From Planctomycetota bacterium (GTDB lineage: Bacteria; Planctomycetota; Planctomycetia; Pirellulales; Pirellulaceae): 54,227 bases of DNA. Positions 1 through 10,200 of the stretch are shown here, one piece after another (the first letter of the stretch is position 1; each line of letters opens with the position of its first letter). The stretch lies in the NCBI GenBank assembly GCA_039201055.1, contig JBCCRW010000001.1, forward strand, positions 1 to 54,227. The letters run 5' to 3'. Under the pieces are notes generated by a model that saw only the letters and a list, made by a program, of their open reading frames with translations, made no database searches and was not told where the DNA came from. The translations under genes and the position numbers were made by a program.

Positions 1-197
1 CCCGGCTCCCGGCTGTCGCCGGAATCTCGGCTCACCGGCGCGGCGGGTGAGCCGCTGGCCGAGCTGTAAGCGAATCCACGGGTCCCATGCATGCACAAGA
101 CCGCGCGCTGGGTACCCGGCCCGTCGCTTGAGGCTCCAGTCACGGCTCACCCGTGCAAGAAACGCGTGACGCGTGAGCTGAAGGTGTGGCGACTCGC

Positions 198-1334
198 TCA
201 GGCACCCTCCTGGCAGCCGTGGATTTTGGGGTCGACATATACACCCGCTGCCGTGCCTGCATAGTGCGTCCTCAAAATCTCTTCAAAAGCGTCGCGCGTC
301 TTCATCCGCACGAAGTCCTGACGGACCGTCTTTGTATCCGGATGCGAAAAGGAATACTTGATACAAAACTTCCGCATCAACAAGGGTGCCCTGGATTCAC
401 CATAGGTTTGTTCGCATAAGGCAAAATGCTCCTTCATGACTTCGCGTTGCACCGCGAGCGTCGGGGGCTTGGGCATCGGCTGACCGTTGGCGAGCGCCAA
501 GCACTGCGTGAAAATCCACGGATTCCCGATCGCACCGCGGGCGATGGTGACTCCGTCGATGCCGGTTTGCTGGATCATCTTGAGCGGGTCGTCGGCGGCA
601 AACAAATCGCCGCTACCGAGGACCTTGATCGAATCGCCGACATACCGTTTGACATCCGCAAGAAATTCCCAGCGACTCGGCCCAATGTACCGCTGCGAGA
701 CCGTGCGGCCGTGAACGGTGACGGCGGCCAAACCGGCATCGATGGCACCGTCCAAAATTTCAAAAAATGCGTCACGGGCTTCGGCGGTATCGTCAATGCC
801 GCGCCGCATTTTCACCGTCACCGGAATGGCGTCGGGCACCGTATCACGAGTGCGGCGCAGAATTTCGATCGCCACTTCGGGCTGTGACAAATGAAACCCG
901 CCGCGACAGCGACCGAGGACTTTCTTGACGGGGCAGCCAAAGTTGACGTCGATGATGTCGAAGCCCGCGGCGGCCAACTTGGCCGCGCCGGCGGAAAATT
1001 GCTCCGGTTCGGCACCCATCAATTGGCCACCCACGGGCGGTTCATCGGGATGAATGTCCAAAAAATGCTTGGTCTTTTGGCGTTTCGAAAGTGCTAGCAG
1101 GAATTGGTCCAGCATCACTTCGCAAATAGTGTACGCGGCGCCGTGGCGTCGTGCGATCACTCGCATCGGCAAATCGCTGTACCCTGACAGGGCCGCCTGG
1201 ACGACGGGAAATCCGATCGAAACATTTCCGATCCGCAGGGGTGCGGCGGCCAAGTTCGGCCACGGCCTTTCCGCCAAAGCGTCAGAAACGCCGGTCGCCG
1301 AGTTCACCTTTTCAATTGTTGGAGACTGCGCCAT
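198..1334 (-). CDS. dusB: tRNA-dihydrouridine synthase (DusB family)
   Basis: Motifs QAALSGYSDLPMR, GGQLMG, DVNFGCPVKKV (catalytic Cys), VHGRT, GSGD, IARGAIGNPWIF. Start uncertain: ATG at 1337 or 1334, or a slightly downstream GTG. Confidence 0.9.
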   Translation of the reverse strand: MAQSPTIEKVNSATGVSDALAERPWPNLAAAPLRIGNVSIGFPVVQAALSGYSDLPMRVIARRHGAAYTICEVMLDQFLLALSKRQKTKHFLDIHPDEPPVGGQLMGAEPEQFSAGAAKLAAAGFDIIDVNFGCPVKKVLGRCRGGFHLSQPEVAIEILRRTRDTVPDAIPVTVKMRRGIDDTAEARDAFFEILDGAIDAGLAAVTVHGRTVSQRYIGPSRWEFLADVKRYVGDSIKVLGSGDLFAADDPLKMIQQTGIDGVTIARGAIGNPWIFTQCLALANGQPMPKPPTLAVQREVMKEHFALCEQTYGESRAPLLMRKFCIKYSFSHPDTKTVRQDFVRMKTRDAFEEILRTHYAGTAAGVYVDPKIHGCQEGA

Positions 1335-1335
1335 C

Positions 1336-2472
1336 ATGCCCGCTCGATTTTCACTATTGCTGCTTTGCGTTGGCCTGGTCGCGTCGGCCCCGGCCGGCTC
1401 CAATGTTACCCGAGCCGACGTTTTGACCAAGATGAAGATTCAAACCGATACCTTCGGCAAACTGGACAACGGCCGCGAAATCAAACGGTTCCGTTTGACC
1501 AATTCCAAGGGACACAGCGTCGCGGTGATGGAGTACGGGGCCACACTGCTGGATATTCAAGTTCCCGATCGCGACGGCAACCTGGCGAACGTCAATCTGT
1601 GCTTTGAAAACCTTGATTCCTACACCAAAGGCCATCCGTATTTTGGGTCCACCGTTGGCCGCTACGCCAACCGGATCGGTGGTGCGGCTTTCCAGATCGA
1701 TGGCAAGACCTATCCCTTAACCAAGAACCACGGCCAGCACATTTTGCACGGCGGCAAAGACAATTTTGCTTATCAGCCGTGGGATGGCGAAGCTTTCGAA
1801 GACGCCGATGGCGTGGGGGTGCGATTCACGCTGAACAGCCCCGCCGGCGACAACGGCTTTCCCGGCAATGTCGACGTCGTCTGTGAGTACCGCTGGAACG
1901 ACCGCGATGAGCTGTCGATTTCATTTACGGGAAAAACGGATGCAAAGACGCATCTGAATCTGACCAACCACAGTTACTTCAATTTGGGTGGCATGGGTTC
2001 GGGAAAGGTGCTCGATTACGTCGCGACGATTCATGCCGACGAAGTTTTGGACGTCGACGATGATCTGATTCCGACGGGTAAATTAAATTCAGTCGCCGAC
2101 AGCGTGTTTGACTTTCGCGACGGCGAAAAACTGGGCAAACGCATTGATCAATTGCCGGCGACCAAGGGTTACGACCACTGCTACGTGGTTCGTGGTGAAG
2201 TCGGAACGTTGCGGCCGGTGGCCAAGGTGGTGGACCCCAAGTCGGGACGATTCTTGGAAATCGCGACCACTCAGCCGGGCGTTCAGCTTTACACCGCGAA
2301 TCACCTGGGTGGTGGGCCGCAGAACGCGGGTCATTCGCAGCACGAAGCCTTTTGTTTGGAAACGCAGTACTTTCCCAATTCGCCGAATGTCGATTCGTTC
2401 CCTTCAACGCTGCTGGAACCCGGACAGGAATTACGGGAAACCACCGTTCATCGCTTTGGAGTGGAACGCTAG
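1336..2472 (+). CDS. galM: Aldose 1-epimerase (galactose mutarotase) with N-terminal signal peptide
   Basis: YFGSTVGRYANRI, HILHGG, NLTNHSYFNL, GYDHCY, TTQPGVQLYT, FCLETQ. Hydrophobic leader MPARFSLLLLCVGLVASA; GGAGA upstream of ATG 1336. Confidence 0.93.
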   Translation: MPARFSLLLLCVGLVASAPAGSNVTRADVLTKMKIQTDTFGKLDNGREIKRFRLTNSKGHSVAVMEYGATLLDIQVPDRDGNLANVNLCFENLDSYTKGHPYFGSTVGRYANRIGGAAFQIDGKTYPLTKNHGQHILHGGKDNFAYQPWDGEAFEDADGVGVRFTLNSPAGDNGFPGNVDVVCEYRWNDRDELSISFTGKTDAKTHLNLTNHSYFNLGGMGSGKVLDYVATIHADEVLDVDDDLIPTGKLNSVADSVFDFRDGEKLGKRIDQLPATKGYDHCYVVRGEVGTLRPVAKVVDPKSGRFLEIATTQPGVQLYTANHLGGGPQNAGHSQHEAFCLETQYFPNSPNVDSFPSTLLEPGQELRETTVHRFGVER

Positions 2473-2481
2473 CGGGACGAC

Positions 2482-4524
2482 TCAGGTGCAACCATTTGCA
2501 GACGCATGGTCACTCAGCGGGATCACACCGACCGCAACGTTGCCATAAGTGCTGCCACCGCCCAGATCGGTCAGCCGTTGGCTGGTGATTTCGTTTAGGC
2601 CTTTGCCATCGGGGCAATCGCGGTCCCACCACAAACCGACCGCGATCGCGGTTTCCCGTCGGGCTTTTTTGGTAACTCGGACCCAGCGGCGAATCGAGCC
2701 GATTCGACTGCGGATTTCGGCCAATTCCCCATCCGCCACGCCGGCCGACGCGGCATCATCGGGATGCAGTAGGATTTCGGGCCGGCCGCCGCGTCCCTTC
2801 TTCAGTCGCGCATCGTTGCCCATCGTGGAATTGACCGTGTGGCTGCCGGGTGGCGAGATCAAACGGAGCGGAAATTCGGCGGTCAGTGTTTCTTTGAATT
2901 CCAGTTGCACCGGAGGCGGATCGCCGAGTCGAATTTTGCGATCGGCGTAACTGGAACCGTCCGCATAGGGATGGAACACACCCTCGGGGTGCAGCGGCAT
3001 CGAACGCTGCTGGCGAAGGGCTTCCCAGGTGATTCCGGCGGCGCGAAATCCGTCGGAATCCAGCAGCGAGGCGGCAATGGTTTCGGCGTCCCAAAACAGC
3101 GAAGGCTCGTCCAGTTTCAAACGTTTGGCCAGTTCCGCGAAGACCCAGGTGTTGGGCTTGGTTTCGCCGCGAGGCGGGACGACCGGCTGGGCCCATTGAA
3201 CGTGATAATGACCGTAGGCGGCATAAATGTCCGCGTGTTCTAGAAACGTTGTCGCCGGCAGGATGAAGTCCGCATACTTTGCGGTATCGGTTTGGAAGTG
3301 TTCCAGCACGACCAGCAGCAGATCCTCGCGCATCAGTCCCCGGCGGACTGCGGCCGAATCGGGCGCGACGACGGCGGGATTGCTGTTGAAGACAAACATC
3401 GCATCGATCGGATCATCGCTCCGATTCAATTCACTGCCCAATTCGCATTGATTGACCCGCCGTGCGTCGGGGCGCAGGCGATGCTTGCCGGCGGCATGGT
3501 CCTTATTCCACGGAAACCCGCCACTGGTACTGATTCCGCCACCGCCACCGTCGCGACACCATGCACCGGAGATTGCCGGCAGCGAGGCAATCGCTTGGAT
3601 GGCGTTGCCGCCGCCCTCGTTGCGTGTCATGCCGTAGCCGACTCGCACGTACATCGGATCGTGCGTGCAGAGGGTGTCCGCCAGCCAGCGAAGCTGTTCG
3701 GTGGGTAAGTCGCAACGATCGGCCGTTTTTTCGATCGTCCACCGGTCACAAGCGGAAACGTATGCCGGGTATCCGCTGGTATGTTTTTGAACAAAATCGG
3801 CATCGACACGCTGGCGGCGAATCAATTCACGGCCCAAGAATAACGCTAACGCGGCGTCCGAACCCACTCGCGGCGCAACGTGATGTTGGGCGATGCGAGT
3901 GGTTTCGTTTTCGTAGGGGTCGATATGAATCACCGGTGCGCCATTCTTGGCGGCTTGTTTGATCCAGGGGATTAAATGCGAATGGCTTCGCGCGGCATTG
4001 ATGCCCCACAGGATGATCAATCCCGCGTGCGGAATCATTTCGGGCGGCGTCGCCAACTTGTTCGGCCCGTAGACGCGTTCCCAACCGGCGCCGCCGGTGG
4101 TGGAACACATCGTTTGATCCTGTTCGATCGCGCCCAGGGTCCGGAAAAACGTCAGGGGATGGTTGCCCTGGATTTGTCCGAGCGTCCCTCCGTAAGAGAA
4201 AGGCAGGATGGATCGCGGTCCGCGATTTCGCAGCACCGCGGCGCTTCGCTGGGCGATTTCGTCCAGAGCGTCGTCCCATGACACCGTTTCGAAACGGCCG
4301 TCGCCTTTGCCACCACACCGCCGCTGCGGCTGGACAATCCGCTCGGGCGATTCGCGTCGTTCGGGATAACGGGCGGTCTTGTTGCACGCAAAACCCTTGG
4401 TGATCGGATGCCGGGGATCCCCGCCCAACGAGACCACTCGCCCCGCACCATCCACACCGATGGAAAGGCTGCAGGTATCGGGGCAATCAAGCGCGCATAC
4501 GGACGGCAAAATATTGATCGTCAT
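2482..4524 (-). CDS. Molybdopterin-dependent oxidoreductase (DMSO reductase superfamily, single subunit)
   Basis: N-terminal Fe-S motif CALDCPDTC...C, SWDDALDEIA, ILWGINA, EHFQTDTAKYADFILPATTFLE, C-terminal LLHPDDA molybdopterin-dinucleotide domain. Start taken at ATG 4524. Confidence 0.9.
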   Translation of the reverse strand: MTINILPSVCALDCPDTCSLSIGVDGAGRVVSLGGDPRHPITKGFACNKTARYPERRESPERIVQPQRRCGGKGDGRFETVSWDDALDEIAQRSAAVLRNRGPRSILPFSYGGTLGQIQGNHPLTFFRTLGAIEQDQTMCSTTGGAGWERVYGPNKLATPPEMIPHAGLIILWGINAARSHSHLIPWIKQAAKNGAPVIHIDPYENETTRIAQHHVAPRVGSDAALALFLGRELIRRQRVDADFVQKHTSGYPAYVSACDRWTIEKTADRCDLPTEQLRWLADTLCTHDPMYVRVGYGMTRNEGGGNAIQAIASLPAISGAWCRDGGGGGISTSGGFPWNKDHAAGKHRLRPDARRVNQCELGSELNRSDDPIDAMFVFNSNPAVVAPDSAAVRRGLMREDLLLVVLEHFQTDTAKYADFILPATTFLEHADIYAAYGHYHVQWAQPVVPPRGETKPNTWVFAELAKRLKLDEPSLFWDAETIAASLLDSDGFRAAGITWEALRQQRSMPLHPEGVFHPYADGSSYADRKIRLGDPPPVQLEFKETLTAEFPLRLISPPGSHTVNSTMGNDARLKKGRGGRPEILLHPDDAASAGVADGELAEIRSRIGSIRRWVRVTKKARRETAIAVGLWWDRDCPDGKGLNEITSQRLTDLGGGSTYGNVAVGVIPLSDHASANGCT

Positions 4525-4625
4525 GCTTGAATCCAAGACGTTTCCACTGGACTGACCTCGGTATAGACTCGCGGGCGTTTTGGTTGTGCCGCACCTAAAT
4601 CCGCCACGCTCCACCCGCCTGCTCG

Positions 4626-7600
4626 ATGCGTAAACGCCGCTCCTTCCGCCCCGAACTTCTCGAAAGACGCCAACTGCTTGCCGCCACACTCGAAGCCGGG
4701 GAAACGGGTTTGACGGTGGCGGACCTGGATCCCGCGCAAATCGGGGCGGTGGAGTCGGCCGATGCAACATCGGCGCCCCTCGATTTTACGCTTGGCTACG
4801 CGGCCCGCCAGCGGATCGATGCGATCTTAGCCGGAACCGACACTTCGGCGACCAAGGGGTACCGATTTGGCGAAGCGATTTCGGCCCACGTCGGGCCCGA
4901 GTGCGATGGTGTTTGGAAAACCGACGGGACATTGGCGACTTGGAACACGGTGATTCGTTCGCCGGGGGCGTTGTCATTGAATTTGGGTTTTGGCCAATTT
5001 TCGATGCCCGCCGGCGGTGTGCTCAGCCTGCGTGGCGAGGACGAACAACGTGTCGAATTCACCTCGCAGGACAATGACGAACACGGCGAATTGTGGACGC
5101 CGATATTTTTGGGTGACACACTGGAATTGTCGGTAACGCTGCCCGAAAGCTTGCGTCCGGAATTGCGTTTGAGCGTCGCGTCGGTCAACCACGGTTTTCG
5201 CAGCCACGAGGGGACGGCAACGCCCGCCAATACTGCGCACGAAACCAGCGATGCGTCACACGAAAAGAGCGACAAAATCGGTGGCGATGTTTCGGGATCG
5301 TGCAACATCGATGTGGTTTGTGGCGCCGATGACCTGCCCGGTGTGGGGCAACAAATCGATGCCTTTCGCGATGAGATCCGTTCGGTCGGGGCTTACACGG
5401 TCGGCGGCATCGACACGTGCAGCGGGTCGCTGATCAACAATACCGCGGGCGACGGCACGCCTTACTTTTTGACAGCCGACCATTGCGGATTGTCGCCCAC
5501 AAACGCCCCATCCATGGTGGTGTACTGGAATTTTGAATGCTCGTTTTGTCGGACCCCCGGAAGCCCTGCCAGCGGAGGCGTTGCGGATGGACGGTTGGAT
5601 CAATTTAACAGTGGTGCAATCTTTCGCTCCGGTGCAGCGGATAGCGACTTTACCTTGGTGGAACTCGATGACCCCATCGATCCGGCGCACAACGTGTTTT
5701 TCGCCGGTTGGGATCGCAGCGGCGTCGATCCCGATTCGGCCGTCGCGATTCACCATCCGGCGGTTGCCGAAAAACGCATCAGTTTTGAAGACGACGCGGT
5801 CACCACGACGGCCTACTTTGGCGAAGTCGGCAGCGGAATCACCCATTTTCGAGTGGAAGATTGGGACGCGGGCACAACCGAACCCGGTTCATCGGGGTCG
5901 CCGTTGTTTGATTCGTCGGGCCGGATCGTCGGTCAATTGCATGGGGGGCTGGCCGCCTGTGGAAACGACCTTGACGATTGGTACGGCAAGTTTTCGGTTT
6001 CCTGGGACGGTGTTTCCGTGGCCTCCCGGCTGCGTGACTGGCTGGACCCGCTGAACACCGGCGTCACGACCTTGGACGGTCAAAACCTGGTCGATCTGTT
6101 CGACTTTGGTGATGCCAACCCGGAAGTTTACGCATCGGACCTGGCCGGCGACGGCGCGCGGCATGCCGCCACCGGCAATCTGTTCTTGGGCGATGGTGTC
6201 AACTACGAACCCAACGTTCGCGGCGACACCAACGCCCGTGGCGATGTCGATGACGGCGTCGTGATTTTGTCGCCACCGGTTGCCGGCGGCTCATTTGATG
6301 TCGATGTGACGGCATCGGCGGCCGGGGTGCTGGACTACTTCATCGACTTTGATCAAGACGGCGTGTTCGGTAACAACGCGGGTGAAGTGTTCACCGCATC
6401 GCTCGCCGCGGGCCGCCAAACCTTGTCGATCGCCGTTCCCGCGACCGCCGCGGGCACCACCTTCGCTCGATTCCGAATCAGTTCGGCCGGCGGCTTGGCA
6501 GCCACGGGTCTGGCTGCCGACGGTGAAGTTGAAGACTACTATTTGAAAGTCTTTGCCCAGGCTCCCGAGTTGGATTTTGCCGATGCGTCGCTGGGCGACA
6601 TCGCCAGCAACCCCGCCCGGCATGTCGTCGATGGTGCCCGACTGGGTGGCGTTGTGAGCGCCGATGACGAACCCAGCCAGGGCGATCAATTGACCGGTGA
6701 CGACGGTGACGACGGCGTGATCTTTACCGAACCGTTTGTCCGCGGCGGCGTCACGTTGGTGACCATCGAAAGCACCGGAGGTATTTTGGATGCCGCCTTT
6801 GACTTCAGCGGCGATGGTATTTTCCAAGCCGATGAACAGGTGCGCTCACAAGTCTTCGCGGGTTCGGATTTCGTTTTCATCGAAGTCCCTGACGACGCGG
6901 TGCTGGGCAAGGTCCGCAGCCAATTTCGCATTTCGGATATCGGATCCGAGTTCGCTCGTGGTTTGGAGTTTTCGGGCGAAGTGGAAGATTATCAGATCGT
7001 CGTGATCGATTTTCCCAGCGTCATGTTGACGGACTTTGACTCGGCCGCACCGCCCGCTTTGCCCACCGGCTGGACCCAAACCGGCACGGGTGCCAATTCC
7101 TGGGCCACCAGCAGCGAGGCGGGCGGCTTCGATTCCAACCACGCGGTCATCGAAAACATCAGCTCGATATCGGACCGATCGCTCGTCTCGCCCGCCGTAA
7201 CGGTTCCGGAAAATTCAAATTTGGTTTTCGATCACGAATTAGGCCTGGAGGAAAGCTTCGATGGCGGAGTGCTGGAGATTCGTATCGGGGGCGGGGCATT
7301 CGAAGACATCGTGGCCGCGGGTGGCTCATTCGTCAGTGGAGCCTACACCGGGTCGCTAAGCACGTTCTATGAAAACCCGTTGGGCGGACGCGCCGCGTGG
7401 ACGGGAAGTTCGATCGGCGTGATCACCACGGAAGTGGCTTTGCCAGCCTCCGCGGTTGGTCAAACGGTACAGTTTCGTTGGCGGCTGGGGACCGACAACA
7501 GTGTTTCCGCGGATCCGTGGCGGGTCGACAATATCCGCTGGGTCGCCGAAGACTTTGAATATGACTTTGGCGACGCACCCGATTCCTATGGAACGTTGTC

Positions 7601-8564
7601 CGGCAGCGGCGGTGCGGCACACATTCGCAGCGAACTTTCGCTGGGTCCGAGCGTTGACTTTGAGACCGACGGTACGCCCGGTGGCGGTGCCGCCGGCGAT
7701 ATCGACGATGGCGTGATCATCCCCGGGGTATTGAACGCTGTGGATCGCTTTGTCGAAGTCAACGTGGGCGGATCGCAATCGGCGTTGTTGAGCGTCTGGT
7801 TGGACCTAGATGCCAACGGCCAATTCGATGAACCCGCCGTGGCTCGCGACATTCCCGTGGTCCCCGGTTCCCAACAGGTTGAATTGGACTTGCCGGCCGA
7901 TCTGCAAGCCACCCAAACGATCGCCCGCTTTCGCCTATCGTCCAACGCCGGCTTGGATTCGCAACAGATCGCCGGTGACGGTGAAGTCGAAGATTATGTG
8001 GTGGCGATCGAGCCGGCGCCGCTGCCTCAGGTGCATCGCATTGTCATCAACGACGGACGCGACACGCGATCGGCACTCGATTCCGTCGAAATCCATTTTG
8101 ATCAACTGGTTTCACTGGATACCGGAAATTTGAGCGCCGGGATCGCGATGTTGGACCTGGACACCGGCGACGTCGTCCCGGTGTCGATGAGCATTCGCGA
8201 GGTATCGGCGACGGCGGCGATTCCTCGGGTGCATCACGTCGTTCGCATTGAGATCGCCGGGACACTGCCGGATATCGCCCGCTACGAATTACTGCTGGAC
8301 ACCGACCAAATCACGTCGGTGGCTGGCAATTTGGTGGGCAATCACGACGGCGGCCAGAGTTATCGACATGTCGACGGCCTGTTCCGAAAATACGGCGATG
8401 CCAACGGCGACGATTCGGTCAATTTGCTGGACTTTGCCGATTTCCGCCAAACATTTGGTCGTTCCGAGGGCGACACCGGCTATCTGCCGAGCCTGGATTA
8501 CAACGGCGATGGCACGGTGGATCTGCTCGACTTCGCGGCCTTCCGACGCACATTCGGTTCGTGA
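4626..8564 (+). CDS. Secreted lysyl endopeptidase-like serine protease with GEVED domains and C-terminal dockerin-like EF-hand pair
   Basis: N-terminal RRSFRPELLERRQLLA export motif; triad LTADHC / DSDFTLVEL / TTEPGSSGSP; three GEVEDY motifs; C-terminal GDANGDDSVNLLDF and DYNGDGTVDLLDF. Confidence 0.85.
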   Translation: MRKRRSFRPELLERRQLLAATLEAGETGLTVADLDPAQIGAVESADATSAPLDFTLGYAARQRIDAILAGTDTSATKGYRFGEAISAHVGPECDGVWKTDGTLATWNTVIRSPGALSLNLGFGQFSMPAGGVLSLRGEDEQRVEFTSQDNDEHGELWTPIFLGDTLELSVTLPESLRPELRLSVASVNHGFRSHEGTATPANTAHETSDASHEKSDKIGGDVSGSCNIDVVCGADDLPGVGQQIDAFRDEIRSVGAYTVGGIDTCSGSLINNTAGDGTPYFLTADHCGLSPTNAPSMVVYWNFECSFCRTPGSPASGGVADGRLDQFNSGAIFRSGAADSDFTLVELDDPIDPAHNVFFAGWDRSGVDPDSAVAIHHPAVAEKRISFEDDAVTTTAYFGEVGSGITHFRVEDWDAGTTEPGSSGSPLFDSSGRIVGQLHGGLAACGNDLDDWYGKFSVSWDGVSVASRLRDWLDPLNTGVTTLDGQNLVDLFDFGDANPEVYASDLAGDGARHAATGNLFLGDGVNYEPNVRGDTNARGDVDDGVVILSPPVAGGSFDVDVTASAAGVLDYFIDFDQDGVFGNNAGEVFTASLAAGRQTLSIAVPATAAGTTFARFRISSAGGLAATGLAADGEVEDYYLKVFAQAPELDFADASLGDIASNPARHVVDGARLGGVVSADDEPSQGDQLTGDDGDDGVIFTEPFVRGGVTLVTIESTGGILDAAFDFSGDGIFQADEQVRSQVFAGSDFVFIEVPDDAVLGKVRSQFRISDIGSEFARGLEFSGEVEDYQIVVIDFPSVMLTDFDSAAPPALPTGWTQTGTGANSWATSSEAGGFDSNHAVIENISSISDRSLVSPAVTVPENSNLVFDHELGLEESFDGGVLEIRIGGGAFEDIVAAGGSFVSGAYTGSLSTFYENPLGGRAAWTGSSIGVITTEVALPASAVGQTVQFRWRLGTDNSVSADPWRVDNIRWVAEDFEYDFGDAPDSYGTLSGSGGAAHIRSELSLGPSVDFETDGTPGGGAAGDIDDGVIIPGVLNAVDRFVEVNVGGSQSALLSVWLDLDANGQFDEPAVARDIPVVPGSQQVELDLPADLQATQTIARFRLSSNAGLDSQQIAGDGEVEDYVVAIEPAPLPQVHRIVINDGRDTRSALDSVEIHFDQLVSLDTGNLSAGIAMLDLDTGDVVPVSMSIREVSATAAIPRVHHVVRIEIAGTLPDIARYELLLDTDQITSVAGNLVGNHDGGQSYRHVDGLFRKYGDANGDDSVNLLDFADFRQTFGRSEGDTGYLPSLDYNGDGTVDLLDFAAFRRTFGS

Positions 8565-8583
8565 GTCCGCCGCACTTGGATGG

Positions 8584-10200
8584 CTACATCGATGGCATGC
8601 TAAAACCGGCGGGCGGCTTGAAGCCGCCGGTGCCCTGCGGCGCTTGCGGCATTTGCGGCGGATTTGTCTTGGGACTCGATGTCGTCGTCGGACGGGCCGG
8701 GGGCATGCCAAAGCTCGGATTGCCCTTCATCCAGCTGGGTGCGGAGTCGGTCGGCGGCGTTGTTGCCTCGGTCGCCGCCTTGGATTGCAAGGTACCCGCG
8801 GGCGTACCACCAACCGGTGCGGGTGTCGCCGAGGGCCATCCGTAGCCAAAGGACGGCGTTTGGCTGGTGGCCGCTTCAGCTGCGACCCGCGCTACGGGCC
8901 CCGCCGCGGCTTCGGGATAACTTGCCGCGCCCGGATAACTTGCCGCGCCCGGATAACTTGCCGCGCCCGGATAACTTGCTGCGCCCGGGTAACTTGCCGT
9001 ATTCGGGTAACTTGCGGTTTGTCCGGACAGCACACCCTGGGGCGCACTGACGGTCATGGCGGGTGTTCCGGAAGTCCCGCCGCCGGTCCCGAAACCGGGT
9101 TTTGCACCCGAGACGAAGCGATTGGTCGTGATGTCCGCGGTGCCGGTGACATTCGACCGGGATGCCACGGTCGCCTGGGGAGTGCTATTGGGAACGACAG
9201 AGCTACCGGGAACGGGCGTGCTATCGGGAACGGGCGTGCTCGCGATCGCGGTGTCCGTGCTACCGGAGGTCACTCCGCTGGGCGGCGTCAACGCGTCGAT
9301 CTGGGCCAGCATTTCTTTGGAACGCGATACCGCGCGACTGATCGAAGCATCACCGTCGGCTTTGGAATCAAATTTGATGGATTCGTTCAGGTGTCGCCGC
9401 GCGTCCGCGATGCTCCCGGCGCGGTATTGCAGGTAAGCCATGTTGAAGTGTGCGACGGCGGGTTTGTTGTTCCGCACCAAAATGTCGTAGGCACCTTTTT
9501 CGTCGCCGGATTCGTGCATCACCATCGCCAAGTGATTGGCATACCGACTGGTTTGTGGCTCGATCTGCGTCGCCCGTTTCATGACGGTGATGGCCATGTC
9601 GGTGCGACCGAGCTTGTGCAGGGTCAGTCCGAGCTCGTGGTAGAGTTCCGGATCATTGGGCGATTGACTGATCGCTTTCTGGAAGGTTTCGGCTGCGACG
9701 GGATACTTTTGTTGTCGGTAGTTCAGCCGCGCGAGGTTGGCCAGCGCCCCAGCGTGATTGGGATCAATCTTTAAAGCCTTTTCGTAATATTCGTACGCCC
9801 GCTCGGGATCGCCGCTGGATTCCCACAATTGGCCATTGGCCACAAACACCTTGGGATCGATCTGTTCCGGCTTATTGTCCAGAGACAGAGGATCGTCTTC
9901 AGCCACGTCCGTTTCGGGAGTGTCGCGGCGAAAGACGCCGGCGACCGCCTGGGTGGTTTTTCCCCAGGCACCTTTGGCGGAATCTCCAAAGGATGCCATC
10001 GTCGCATTGACGCCCTTTTCTCCGGTGGCGACTTTGGCGCCGGTGGACGAATCTTTTTTGGCGAGCGGGTTTAGGGAGGGCAGCGTGGCTCCGGTCCCGG
10101 CACATCCGACGGTCAGCGGAGCGGCAAGCAGGGCCGAGAGGAGCAGTTGCCGGCGTCGGTTTCGATCGTTGGCTTTCACAATTAGTTCCTCCCGCCGCAT
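8584..10200 (-). CDS. Tetratricopeptide-repeat lipoprotein with low-complexity Pro/Ala/Thr/Gly C-terminus
   Basis: RRR plus hydrophobic stretch ending in lipobox LTVGC; TPR helices (YYEKALKIDPNHAGALANLARL, FQKAISQSPNDPELYHELG). Start ATG 10200 or GTG 10179. Confidence 0.85.
   Translation of the reverse strand: MRREELIVKANDRNRRRQLLLSALLAAPLTVGCAGTGATLPSLNPLAKKDSSTGAKVATGEKGVNATMASFGDSAKGAWGKTTQAVAGVFRRDTPETDVAEDDPLSLDNKPEQIDPKVFVANGQLWESSGDPERAYEYYEKALKIDPNHAGALANLARLNYRQQKYPVAAETFQKAISQSPNDPELYHELGLTLHKLGRTDMAITVMKRATQIEPQTSRYANHLAMVMHESGDEKGAYDILVRNNKPAVAHFNMAYLQYRAGSIADARRHLNESIKFDSKADGDASISRAVSRSKEMLAQIDALTPPSGVTSGSTDTAIASTPVPDSTPVPGSSVVPNSTPQATVASRSNVTGTADITTNRFVSGAKPGFGTGGGTSGTPAMTVSAPQGVLSGQTASYPNTASYPGAASYPGAASYPGAASYPGAASYPEAAAGPVARVAAEAATSQTPSFGYGWPSATPAPVGGTPAGTLQSKAATEATTPPTDSAPSWMKGNPSFGMPPARPTTTSSPKTNPPQMPQAPQGTGGFKPPAGFSMPSM
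8915..9016. repeat. 18-bp tandem repeat (GGATAACTTGCCGCGCCC), about 5.7 copies, encoding (YPGAAS)n
   Basis: Read directly: three perfect copies at 8915-8968 followed by diverging copies. Confidence 0.95.

Noticed and set aside
8248-9774. 508-aa plus-strand ORF with CRARIT repeats
   Set aside because: Antisense shadow of the TPR lipoprotein; the repeats are the reverse reading of the YPGAAS array and the composition is Arg/Gly-rich with no motif.
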